In this document: positions 26,214-39,292 of the stretch, in pieces
How the letters are laid out: each line of letters begins with the position of its first letter
Numbering within the stretch: the stretch's first letter is position 1
Assembly: GCA_032718475.1 (NCBI GenBank)
Contig: JAUCBJ010003609.1
Span: 1-62,079, forward strand
Direction of reading: 5' to 3'
Length of the DNA stretch: 62,079 bases
From: Nemertoderma westbladi
Lineage: Eukaryota > Animalia > Xenacoelomorpha
Program-made: the position numbers and the translations under genes
The notes under the pieces: model-generated
Told to the model about the DNA's origin: nothing
Databases searched by the model: none
What the model saw: only the letters and a program-made list of their open reading frames with translations

Positions 26214-27530
26214 TCAATTGAATTCGTCTTTGGGAGGAGCAAAATAATCCTTCATTAGTCCGAGAACACCACGCCCACACCCGGTGCCCCTTCCGCGGGG
26301 CGCCAACCAGGGCGAGAGCGTAGCACCCCTACCGGTAGCGGGTTCTACGAACCGCGACGGCATGCGGCCCATCCCTCGACCAACAGCGCACGGCGGGTAT
26401 TCGAGGTTGCTAGGGGGTGCATTACCCGACTGGAATCTTCGGCGTTTTGGGCGAAGAACTTCGGCGCACGATGTCAAGTTGCGGCGCAGGTCGGCGCAGA
26501 GATTGGCTGCGTCGGCGCAGCCGACGCAGCCAATCTCTGCGCTGGCGCAGCCAATCTCTGCGTCGACGCAGCCAGGCAGCCAATCTCTGCGTCGGCGCAG
26601 CCAGGCAGCCAATCTCTGCACCGGCGTGCACTATCGATTTGAGTTTGAGTCGGCGCAGCGCGTAGCCATCTAAAATCTTGTATTGCAGGCACAGCCAGCT
26701 TTACCGTACATTTAAAATTTCCAGTTACAGTATGTATTTGTATTATTGTTACTTATTACATATTAGAACAGAGTAGCCTGCGCAGTGCGCTCACTTAAAA
26801 TTATAACAGTATATATATATAAAACAGTATATATATATATAACAGTATATATATATAAAACAGTATATATATATCAGTATATATAACAGTGTATATATAA
26901 CAGTATAGTTTGGTGTAAGTTGGATGCTGTTGTGTTGAAGTTGGGTGTAGGCCTATTTGCAGAGTTGGGTGTAGATGGGTGGTATAGTTGGGTGTAGTTG
27001 GTGAAAGTTGGGTGTAGTTGGGTGAAAGTTGGGTGAAAGTTGGGTGTAGTTGGGTGTAGTTGGCCAAGTTGGGTGAAAGTTGGGTGTAGTTGGGTGATTA
27101 GGCTGACCCCCTTTTTTCACTATTTTGTCGGCGCAAATTTTTTCGGCTGGCGCAAAAAAAATTAAGGTTGGCGCACAGGTACTTTGAGCTGGCGCAGATT
27201 TTTTTGACCCTTGGCGCACCTTCGGCGCACGAAACATAGAGATTCCAGTCTGGGTGCATTACTCCTGCCCATGGGTAGATAACGCCTTTCGGTAGGGGAA
27301 GTGCTGAGAGGTTGGAATCCTCTCCCTCTACCCATCGCAATAACCGGGGCCTCTGAAATTCTGAAGCAAGGATAACTATCGCGGCTGTTGTTGTCACTGC
27401 CGGTATCAGTAGGCCTATCATCGTCATCAAGATAGTCATCGAATGAAACAATCCTCCTACTGAGGTCGTATTTTTCACCTTGAATATAAATGACATAGGC
27501 TCCCTGCTCTCTACCATCAGTGTGAGACAT
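26214..27530 (-). pseudogene. RG/GRG-rich ~159-aa ORF disrupted by a TIR element
   Basis: Removing 26425-27253 plus one TSD copy joins MSHTDG...MGRSNAP in frame to PSNLEY...GRGTGCGRG...KDEFN*. AATAAA overlaps the TGA stop (26209-26214). Confidence 0.65.
26425..27253. mobile_element. 829-bp non-autonomous TIR DNA transposon with internal mini/microsatellites
   Basis: TIRs CCCGACTGGAATCT / AGATTCCAGTCTGG, TSD GTGCATTA (26417-26424 and 27254-27261; could be read as 10 bp), GGCGCA subterminal repeats, and AACAG(TA)n and GTTGGGTG(TA/AA) tracts. Confidence 0.85.
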
Positions 27531-28651
27531 ATTAGGCCTACAATCAGTTCAGAATAGTAAGAGTGGAGTGGCTTGTGTGGAATTGGCAGTAGGTGGGAGA
27601 GGCTGCTGCACTGACAGAGTGACAGACTGAGATGGTTGAAAATTCACTTACAGACTTAAAGGCTTTAAGATTAAGTCACAGTTAAATAAAAGGAAAACAT
27701 ACAGATATAGGAAAACATACATACTTACTTTTTGCTATTGCATATTAGATATTGATAAATAGTAAGGTGATACAGTAGTATACTACAGTCCATAACATTT
27801 TGGTTTCTATTAGCAGAGGCCGGTTTATTCAGTAGTTTCAGTTTGTAAAGTCAGTTGTGTGTAGTTTCAGTAGGCCTATGTATCTGTATCGACTTGATAT
27901 TAAATTAATTTATATATACAGTAGGTAACAACAATTTGGGCAAAATGCCCTTATTAATATTAATGTAATAAGGAGGTTGCAAATAGTGGTAAAATCTCGT
28001 GACAGCAGGTTAATCCTCCATAGCAGATTTCACGTTTATATTTAAGCTAAAATATTGACAGACAGTTTTGAGCGGAAATAAAGGTTCAAACTTTAAGACG
28101 ATTATCGCAAATAACATATTTTATATTCCAGTCAGTGGTTCTTTCTTCTCCGACATTTATAATTCAATTGTATTTCAGTTATTGAAAGACTTTCCAAAAT
28201 TACCTACCTAACCCAACATTATCTTAACTGCAATTAAAGTTCATTGACTTTGCGGTTGACCCTACAAATGATACTTTAATATAATTTAACATTATATCTA
28301 TGTAATCGCGTTTTAGATAGTGATCATACGTTTTAAGTTGAACTCGATTTTTTTTAATAAAAAAAAAAAAACTTTGTGATTGTTACGTTGAAAAAAAGGG
28401 GGGTTGCTGTTTTCGGCAATGGAAATAACAAAGACGGGGTTAAATGTTTGCTAGGGTTAAAGTTCGTTTCGGACCAATTATCCCATTGACTTCATATTCC
28501 ATATTTTACACCTCAGGATGAGTTTGTGAGCGAGAGACGGAATAGGTAGGTTGTTAAATTGAATATAGTTCACGATATAAAAACTGATTAACACAGTCAG
28601 ACCGTTATGAATCAATATCAATTCTTCAAACATACACATTTATTGTAATAA

Positions 28652-31600
28652 CTAGAAAGCCTGTGGCCCTTCGGGCCACAGCTTTCTAGTGCACGTGCAG
28701 ATGATATATGAATATGTGTGGGAGATTTGAGAACTGCATACGGAACAGACACCATCATTAAATAAAACACCACCCCCATAAGAGATAACTGTCAAGTTTC
28801 AACTTTAGGCAGATTGTAAATAACAAAATTTCCAGAAAATGATCACTTTCAGATCCACCCTCTACCTGCGGACTGGTGAAATGCAGACGGCGCTGCAGTT
28901 TGGTAAAGATGGGGTTTATGGTGAAGTAAAATGCCTGCCTTTCAAGTTTCAGCTTAAACAGATTGTAAATAACAAAATTGGTGTTCACATTCAGACTTCT
29001 AGCGGTAGACTGAAGAACTGTAGACGACTATGGGACTCCGTAAAGATACAGAATATGCTGCAGTAGATTCCTGCCAAGTTTCAGCTCAAAGGGATTAAAA
29101 AGAACCAATTGGGATGAGGTGTTCACTATCAGACAATTCGCCCTCTAGCGGAAGATAGGGGAACTGTATACAACTCTGCGACTCCGTAAAGGTAGAGCCT
29201 ATGCTGTAGTAGATGCCTACCAAGTTTCAGTCTAAACCGTTTGTAAATAACAAAGTTGGAGAAGATGTTAATTTTCAGACATTTCACCCTCTAGCGGTAG
29301 ACTGGGGAAGTGTATAGGACTCTGCAACTCCGTAAAGATAGAGCCTAGGATGTAGTAGATACCTGCCAAGTTTCAGCTCAAAAGGATTAAAAAGAACCAA
29401 ATGGGATGAGGATTTCACTATCAGACAATTCGCCCTCTTGCGGCTGACTGTGGAACTGTAGACGACTCTACTACTCCGCAAAGATATAGCCTATGCTATA
29501 GTAGATGCCTACCAAGTTTCAGTCTAAAAGGTTTGTAAATAACAAAGTTGGAGAAGATGTTAACTTTCATACATTTCGCCCTCTAGCGGCAGACGCGGGT
29601 ACTGTAGACAACTCTGCGCGACTCAGTAAAGATATAGCCTATGCTGTAGTAGATGCCTACCAAGTTCAGTCTAAATGGATTATAAATAACAAAGTTGGAG
29701 AAGATGTTAACTTGCAGACATTTCGCCCTCTAGCGGTAGACTGGGAAATTGTAGACGATTCTGCGACTCAGTAAAGATTCAGCCTATGCTGTAGTAGATG
29801 CCTACCAAGTTTCAGTCAAAACGGATTGTAAATAATAAAGTTGGAGAAGATGTTATCTCTCAGACATTTAGCACTCTAACGGTAGACTGGGGAACTGTAG
29901 ACAACCCAGTGACTCCGGAAATATACAGCCTATGCTGCAGTATATAGCTACCAAGTTTCAGCTCAAAAGCATTAAAAACAACCCAATAAGATCAGGTTTT
30001 CACTATCGGATAATTCGCCCTCTAGCGGCAGACGGGGGAACTTCAGACGGCTCTGAGTATTACGTTGCAACGAGTTAGGGCGAGACCTATCTAACGAGCT
30101 ATAGTAAGCGAGATTTCATCGAGATTAGATGTATAATATTAGATAAAATAATAATACAGTAAGTATAGGCCTACAGAAATAATTATTTTACTTTTAATAT
30201 TCATAACAGTAAAACAAAAATGTTATAAACCTCTCCTTCCATGCAGCCAATGATTGAGAAAGCAGAATTACTCTGAGCAATTCGCAACAGACAACCAAAA
30301 CCCACCCCAATCAACACTCCAGCCTGCTTGCTCCTTATCAGTGCCCAGCCAGCTAGCTGCGAGTTCAATAATTACCTTAACGTTGCTATGATACAGAAAA
30401 CAATCCTTCCCTATTCAATAACTATAGGCCAATTCGATCCTGCTTGGCAAATATGACATATTTATACACTATTTGATTTTTAATCAATAAATAATCATAC
30501 ATATTTATATTAAACACCTGAATAAAATAAAAACTTTGTGAGAATGGGACACGGCGAATCTACCCATGTTAATTTTAGACCAGGTGGGATAAATGTTAGC
30601 CCTCTAAATAATTAATTACCGATAGAAGAACCGAAATAATTCGATGAATTTCGCCCGAAAATCACGAAAATTGCCCTCTAGCGGCAGACGGGCGAACTTC
30701 AGACGGCTCTGAGTATTACGTTGCAACGAGTTAGGGCTAGACCTTTCTAACGAGCTATAGCAAGCGAGATTTCATCGAGATGGGTTCGATTGTATAGCCG
30801 ATGACAAACACACAGACAGACTGACTGACTGACTGACTGACAGACAATCGATATTTATATATATTAGACTAGAAAGCCTGTGGCCCTTCGGGCCACAGCT
30901 TTCTAGTGCACATGCAGATGATATATGAATATGTGTGGGAGATTTGATAACTGCATACGGAACAGACACCATCATTAAATAAAACACCACCCCCATAAGA
31001 GATAACTGTCAAGTTTCAACTTTAGGCAGATTGTAAATAACAAAATTTCCAGAAAATGATCACTTTCAGATCCACCCTCCACCTGCGGACTGGTGAAATG
31101 CAGACGGCGCTGCAGTTTGGTAAAGATGGGGTTTATGGTGAAGTAAAATGCCTGCCTTTCAAGTTTCAGCTTAAACAGATTGTAAATAACAAAATTGGTG
31201 TAGATGTTCACATTCAGACATTTCACCCTCTAGCAGTAGACTGAAGAACTGTAGACGACTCTGTGACTCCGTAAAGATACAGAATATGCTGTAGTAGATT
31301 CCTGCCAAGTTCCAGCTCAATAGGATTAAAAAGAACCAAATGGGATGAGGTATTCACTATCAGATATTTCGCCCTCTAGCGGCAGATACGGACTGTATAG
31401 AACTCTGTGACTCCGTAAAGGTACAGCCTATGCTACAGTAGAAGCCTACCAAGTTTCAGTCTAAACCGTTAGTAAATAACAAAGTTGAAGAAGATGTTAA
31501 CTTTCAGACATTTTACCCTCTAGCGGTAGACTGGGGAAGTGAATAGGATTCTGCAACCCCGTAAAGATACAGCCTATGATGTAGTAGATACCAACCAAGT

Positions 31601-33605
31601 TTCAGCTCAAAATGATTAAAAAGAACCAAATGGGATGAGGTTTTCACTATCAGACAATTCGCCCTCTAGCGGCTGACTGTGGAACTGTAGATGACTCTAC
31701 TACTCCGCAAAGATATAGCCTATGCTATAGTAGATGCCTACCAAGTTTCAGTCTAAAAGGATTGTAAATAACAAAGTTGGAGGAGATGTTAACTTTCATA
31801 CATTTCGCCCTCTAGCGGCAGACGCGGGTAATGTAGACAACTCTGCGCGACTCAGTAAAGATATAGCCTATGCTGTAGTAGATGCCTACCAAGTTCAGTC
31901 TAAATGGATTATAAATAACAAAGTTGGAGAAGATGTTAACTTTCAGACATTTCGCCCTCTAGCGGTAGACTGGGGAATTGTAGACGACTCTGCGACTCAG
32001 TAAAGATACAGCCTTTGCTGTAGTAGATGCCTACCAAGTTTCAATCTAAACGGATTGTAAATAACAAAGTTGGAGAAGATGTTAACTCTCAGACATTTAG
32101 CCCTCTAACGGTAGACTGGGGAACTGTGGACAACTCCGGAAATATACTGGTGAAAACTCAGAGACTCCGGAAATATACAGCCTATGCTGCAGTATATAGC
32201 TACCAAGTTTCAGCACAAAAGCCTTAAAAACAACCCAATGAGATCAGGTTTTCATTATCGGACAATTCGCCCTCTAGCGGCAGACGGGGGAACTTCAGAC
32301 GGCTCTGAGTATTACGTTGCAACGAGTTAGGGCGAGACCTATCTAACGAGCTATAGTAAGCGAGATTTCATGGAGATTAGATGTATAATATTAGATAAAA
32401 TAATAATACAGTAAGTTAAGTATAGGCCTACAGAAATAATTATTTTACTTTTAATATTCATAACAGTAAAACAAAAATGTTATAACCCTCTCCTTCCATG
32501 CAGCCAATGATTGAGAAAGCAGAATTACTCTTGAGCAATTCGCTATAGACAACCCAAACCCACCCCAATCAACACTCCAGCCTGCTTGCTCCTTATCTGT
32601 GCCCAGCCAGCTAGCTGCGAGTTCAATAATTACCTTAACGTTGCTATGATACAGAAAAAAATCCTTCCCTATTCAATAAGAATAGGCCAATTCGATCGTG
32701 CTTGGCGAATATGACATATTTATACACTATTTGCTTTTTAATCAATAAATAATCATACATATTTATATTAAACACTCGAATAAAATAAAAACTTTGTGAG
32801 AATGGGACACGGCGAATCTACCCATGTTAATGTTATACCAGGTGGGATAAATGTTAGCCCTCTAAATCATTAATTACCGATAGAAGAACCGAAATAATTC
32901 GATAAATTTCGCCCGAAAATCACGAAAATTGCCCAGCGGCAGACGGGCGAACTTCCGACGGCTCTGAGTATTACGTTGCAACGAGTTAGGGCGAGACCTT
33001 TCTAACGAGCTATAGCAAGCGAGATTTCATCGAGATGGGTTCGATTGTATAGCCGATGACAAACACACAGACAGACAATCGATATTTATATATATAGAAG
33101 ACTAGAAAGCCTGTGGCCCTTCGGGCCACAGCTTTCTAATGCATGTGCAGATGATATATGAATATGTGTGGGAGATTGGAGAACTGCATACGGAACAGAC
33201 ACCATCATTAAATAAAACACCACCCCCATAAGAGATAACTGTCAAGTTTCAACTTTAGGCAGATTGTAAATAACAAAATTTCCAGAAAATGATCACTTTC
33301 AGATCCACCCTCTACCTGCGGACTGGTGAAATGCAGACGACGCTGCAGTTTGGTAAAGATGGGGTTTATGGTGAAGTAAAATGCCTGCCTTTCAAGTTTC
33401 AGCTTAAACAGATTGTAAATAACAAAATTGGTGTAGATGTTCACATTCAGACATTTCACCCTCTAGCGGTAGACTGAAGAACTGTAGACGAATCTGGGAC
33501 TCCGTAAAGATACAGAATATGCTGTAGTAGATTCCTGCCAAGTTCCAGCTCAATAGGATTAAAAAGAACCAAATGGGATGAGGTGTTCACTATCAGATAT
33601 GTCGC
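28652..33605 (-). repeat. Family A units (left block; ~2.2 kb each, ~146-bp internal monomer)
   Basis: Shared TGCACGTGCAGATGATATATG-type 3' flank and GATGCCTACCAAGTTTCAG monomers. The third unit is fused to family B at ~33605. Confidence 0.9.
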
Positions 33606-34693
33606 CAAGTATCAGCCTAAAAGCATTTTTAATAAATAAATGTGAGAATGTTTTCACTTTTCAGACATTTCGCACCCTCTAGCAGGATACTGGAGAACTG
33701 CAGACTGGTTAGCATCCGCCCCAAACACACAGCCTATGGTGTAGTATACCTTTCCCAAGTATAAAAAAAGCATTAGAAACAACGAAATGGGAGAAGGTTT
33801 TCATTTCAGACATTTCACCCTCTAGCGGCAGACTGAGGAATTGCAGATTGGTCAGAGTTCTCCACAAAAACGCAGTCTATGGTGTAGTACACCTCTGCAA
33901 AGTATCAGCATAAAAGCATTATTAATAACGAAATGGGTGAAGGTTTTCACTTTCAGACATTGCGCCCCCTAGTGGCAGACAGAGGAATTGCAGATTGGTC
34001 AGAGTTCTCCAAAAACACGCAGCCTATGGTGTAGTAGACCTCTGCAAAGTGTCAGCATAAAAGCATTATTAATAACGAAATGGGTGAAGGTTTTCACTTT
34101 CAGACATCGCGCCCCCTAGTGGCAGACAGAGGAATTGCAGATTGGTCAGAGTTCTCCCCAAACACGCTGTATGGTGTAGTAGACCTCTGCCAAGTATCAG
34201 CAAAAAAGCATTATAAACAAAGAAATGGGAAAAGGTTTTCACTTTCAGATATTTCGCCCCCTAGCGGCCGAATGGAGAACTGCAGGTAGTTGGGCGTCCT
34301 CCACAGACAAACACCATATGGTGTAATTCACATCTGCCAAGTGTCAGCCTAAAAGCGTTATTAATAACGAAATGGGATAAGGTTTTCACTTTCAGACATT
34401 TGGCCCCCTAGCGGTAGACTGGAGAAATGCATACTGATTCTAGCTCCTCCCCAAACACGCTGTATGGTGTAGTAGACCTCTGCCAAGTATCAGCAAAAAA
34501 GCATTATAAACAAAGAAATGGGATAAGGTTTTCACTTTCAGATATTTCTCCCCCTAGCGGCAGACTGGGGAATTGCAGATTGGTCAGCATCCTCCCCAAA
34601 CACACAGCCTATGGTGTAGAAGACCTCTGCCATGTATCAGCTAAAAGGCTTTAATAATAACGAAATGGGAGATGTTTTCAGTTTCGGATATTT

Positions 34694-34724
34694 CGCCCCC
34701 TAGCGGCAGACTGGAGAACTGCAG
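34694..34724 (-). promoter_or_regulatory. Representative full-length CTCF-like motif (repeated once per monomer across the array)
   Basis: Minus strand CTGCAGTTCTCCAGTCTGCCGCTAGGGGGCG matches the core CCASYAGRKGGCR plus the upstream TGCAG module. Binding is not demonstrated. Confidence 0.6.
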
Positions 34725-37700
34725 ATTGATCAGTGTCCTCCCAAACACACAGTCTATGATCGGGAACGTATCTGCAAAGTATCATTTAGAACAGATTGAG
34801 TCTGTTGGTGCAACCGCTTTTATAGAGTTTCCTCCTTGGTGACAAATTTGGCTGAAAATTTTTATGAAATAATAACCCAATTTGACCACAAATACGCATT
34901 CACGCATAAATAATGCATAAAATTAGCCTCGATATAACGACGTTTCGCGTCCATGTGCTCGGGGCAGTCTGCATCACTTAGATGCGCATGAAAAAGTAGC
35001 ATAATTGTCGAGACCCAACGTGTAGAGTGACAGAATGAACTGCTAGGCCTACTGCGCTACCGGTACCGAATTCACGAAATTTGCATTCACGCAAACAAAC
35101 GCGTAAAATAAGACTCGAGATAGCGACAGTGCACGTGCTCGTGACGAGAGCTTTCGTTCGATGTATCGCGAGCTCCGATTGGTGCTTGTGTGTAGAAACG
35201 TATAGCTTGGACAGACAAACAGACAGACAGACACATGATATTTATATATATAGACTAGAAAGCCCGTGGCCTTCGGCCACGGCTTTCTAGTTCACAAGCT
35301 TCTATAGATACAGTCAATCAATCAATGGACAATATCAAACATAAATAAATTAATTAATTAACTTAACAAAACTTTACATAAGACTAACAGACTGATTCCG
35401 ATTTAGTTGCAGCTACATACAATAATAAACATAAGGCTTTATGTTGTAGTAGATACCTACCAAGTAACACCTCCAATGGATTACAAATAATAAAATGGGA
35501 AAAGGTTTCAACTGTGTGTGATATTTTCCCCTTAGTGGAAAACTGTATAACTGCAGAGTAGTGGGTAGCGTCCTCGCAAACACAACCTACTGTATAGTGC
35601 AGTAGGTCACTGCAGCAACTCTATCGTATTAAAATAGAAGGTTTTAATTTCAGACATTTCGCCCCCTAGTGGCAGACTGCATAATTTTGCACTTGTTAGC
35701 GTCCTCCCCAAACACGAAGACTATGGTGTAGTAGTCCTCTGCCAAGTGCCAAGTATCAGCAAAAAAGCATTCATAAACAACAAAATTGTAGGTTTCCTCA
35801 TTCAGACATTTCATCCCCTAATAGCGGCAGACTGGGGAACTGTAGATTGGTCATCATCTCCCCAAATACACACCCTACGGTGTAGTATACTCTGCTTGGT
35901 ATCAGCAAAAAAAAATTATAAACATATTGTGTAAAGGACCTAAGTATCAGCTAAAAATCATTATTAATAACAAAATAGGATAAGATTTTCACTTTCAGAC
36001 ATTTCGCCTCCTAGTGGCAGACTGAAGAACCGCAAACTGGTCGGCGTCCTCCCAACACGCAGCTATGGTCAGGTAGAATTTCTTCTGCAAAGTGCCAGTT
36101 AGAACAGAGTGGTTACGATGATGCAATAACTGCTGTTATAATTTCCTGCTTGCTGACCTGTAATTTGTCCGATAACAAAACAACTGCAGAATAATGCAAT
36201 TTTACCTCCAATACACATTCAGGCAAGTATCAAGTAAATGTGTAAAAAATCAGCCTCGAGATAGCCTTTACAATTCATGTTCATGGGCTCAGGATGGTCT
36301 GCATCATATAGATGCACGCACCTCCAACTTGTAGGATGACGGACTGACGACCTGCTAGGCCTACCTCGCTAGCACCCATCCCGTACATTGCAAAAAGGAA
36401 TAATTGAATCATTTTGTGTTTATGATTATAAACATGTGAACTGAAAAAAGCTAATCTAAGATTTACTGCTGGTTCTTACCAATGTAAGTCAAGAACCAAT
36501 CACAGTAGTTCCACTCCGCTCTCCTGCTGGGTCCTATTTATTTATTGAGATTACTACTTAACCAACCCAGCCTGCCTGCAGGCCACCTCAAGATATGATT
36601 GGTCTGCAAGTAGCTAGCTGCCTTTCTAACTAACTCTCAGCTTTGCCAGGCCTGTACTACCAAAAGGAATATTCGAATCACATTGAGATTTTGTCACACA
36701 ACATGTTGCAGCGAATACAAAATACGCATTCACGCAAGCATAAGCGTAAAATTAGCCTCGAGATAGCGATAGTTTACGTGCTCAGGACGAGACCTTTCGA
36801 TCGATGTATCATTTGCTCAGATTGGTACATGTGTGTCGGAGCGTATAGCTTGGACAGACTCACAGACTCACAGACAGACAATGCATATTTATATATATAA
36901 ACTAGAAAGCCCGTGGCCCTTCGGGCCACGGCTTTCTAGTTCACAAGCCTATTCACCATTCCAAACATTAGATTAATTAATTAACTTAACTTATAACAAA
37001 ACGTCACATGATTGAGTGTTCTCTCAAACAAAAGGACTGAAGCTGTTTTACTTTTCAAATATCTACATACTACGTACAACTTAAGGCTTAGGTTGTATAA
37101 AGTAGATAAATACCTGCCAAGTATCATTTCCAAAGGATAACAAATAGTAAAAATATGGAAGAAGGTTAAACTGTAGAACTGCAGGTGGTTATCATCCTCG
37201 TAAACACAACCTATAGTTTATTTAGTTTAGTAGGTACTGTACAGTACTTTTAGATCGCTGCCAAGAATAAACTCTAAAGAATTTAAATGGGAGAAGGATT
37301 TCACTTTCAGACAATTCGTCCCCTAGTGGCGGACTGGAGAACCGCAGACTGGTCAACGTCCTTCCCAAAGACGCAGCTTATGATGTACAGTACAGTAGAC
37401 CTCTGCCAAGTATCAGCCTAAAAGCATTTTTAATAAATAAATGTGAGAATGTTTTCACTTTTCAGACATTTCGCACCCTCTAGCAGGGTACTGGAGAACT
37501 GCAGACTGGTTAGCATCCGCCCCAAACACACAGCCTATGGTGTAGTATACCTTTCCCAAGTATAAAAAAAGCATTAGAAACAACGAAATGGGAGAAGGTT
37601 TTCATTTCAGACATTTCACCCTCTAGCGGCAGACTGAGGAATTGCAGATTGGTCAGAGTTCTCCACAAAAACGCAGTCTATGGTGTAGTACACCTCTGCA

Positions 37701-39010
37701 AAGTATCAGCATAAAAGCATTATTAATAACGAAATGGGTGAAGGTTTTCACTTTCAGACATTGCGCCCCCTAGTGGCAGACAGAGGAATTGCAGATTGGT
37801 CAGAGTTCTCCAAAAACACGCAGCCTATGGTGTAGTAGACCTCTGCAAAGTGTCAGCATAAAAGCATTATTAATAACGAAATGGGTGAAGGTTTTCACTT
37901 TCAGACATCGCGCCCCCTAGTGGCAGACAGAGGAATTGCAGATTGGTCAGAGTTCTCCCCAAACACGCTGTATGGTGTAGTAGACCTCTGACAAGTATCA
38001 GCAAAAAAGCATTATAAACAAAGAAATGGGATAAGGTTTTCACTTTCAGATATTTCGCCCCCTAGCGGCCGAATGGAGAACTGCAGGTAGTTGGGCGTCC
38101 TCTACAGACAAACACCATATGGTGTAATTCACATCTGCCAAGTGTCAGCCTAAAAGCGTTATTAATAACGAAATGGGATAAGGTTTTCACTTTCAGACAT
38201 TTGGCCCCCTAGCGGTAGACTGGAGAAATGCATACTGATTCTAGCTCCTCCCCAAACACGCTGTATGGTGTAGTAGACCTCTGCCAAGTATCAGCAAAAA
38301 AGCATTATAAACAAAGAAATGGGATAAGGTTTTCACTTTCAGATATTTCTCCCCCTAGCGGCAGACTGGGGAATTGCAGATTGGTCAGCATCCTCCCCAA
38401 ACACACAGCCTATGGTGTAGAAGACCTCTGCCATGTATCAGCTAAAAGGCTTTAATAATAACGAAATGGGAGATGTTTTCAGTTTCGGATATTTCGCCCC
38501 CTAGCGGCAGACTGGATAACTGCAGATTGATCAGTGTCCTCCCAAACACACAGTCTATGATCGGGAACGTATCTGCAAAGTATCATTTAGAACAGATTGA
38601 GTCTGTTGGTGCAACCGCTTTTATAGAGTTTCCTCCTTGGTGACAAATTTGGCTGAAAATTTTTATGAAATAATAACCCAATTTGACCACAAATACGCAT
38701 TCACGCATAAATAATGCATAAAATTAGCCTCGATATAACGACGTTTCACGTTCATGTGGTCGGGGCAGTCTGCATCACTTAGATGCGCATGAAAAAGTAG
38801 CATAATTGTCGAGACCCAACGTGTAGAGTGACAGAATGAACTGCTAGGCCTACTGCGCTACCGGTACCGAATTCACGAAATTTGCATTCACGCAAACAAA
38901 CGCGTAAAATAAGACTCGAGATAGCGACAGTGCACGTGCTCGTGACGAGAGCTTTCGTTCGATGTATCGCGAGCTCCGATTGGTGCTTGTGTGTAGAAAC
39001 GTATAGCTTG

Positions 39011-39042
<32 letters not shown>

Positions 39043-39292
39043 CATGATATTTATATATATAGACTAGAAAGCCAGTGGCCCTTCGGGCCACGGCTTTCTA
39101 GTTCACAAGCCTATTCACCATTCCAAACATTAATTCTGTAATTAATTAATTAACTTAACTTAACAAAACGTCACATGATTGAGTGTTCTCTCAAACAAAA
39201 GTACTGAAGCAATTTTACTACAAACTACTATGTACAACATAAGGCTTGTTGTATAGTAAATGCCTACCAAGTATCATTTCCAAAGGATTACA

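Noticed and set aside
26910-27097. Telomeric repeat
   Set aside because: The unit is GTTGGGTG(TA/AA), not TTAGGG/TTAGG, and it lies inside a TIR element.
28660-28681. Rho-independent terminator (stem with TTCG loop)
   Set aside because: The context is eukaryotic, and the position next to CTAG at each unit boundary fits a Helitron 3' end better.
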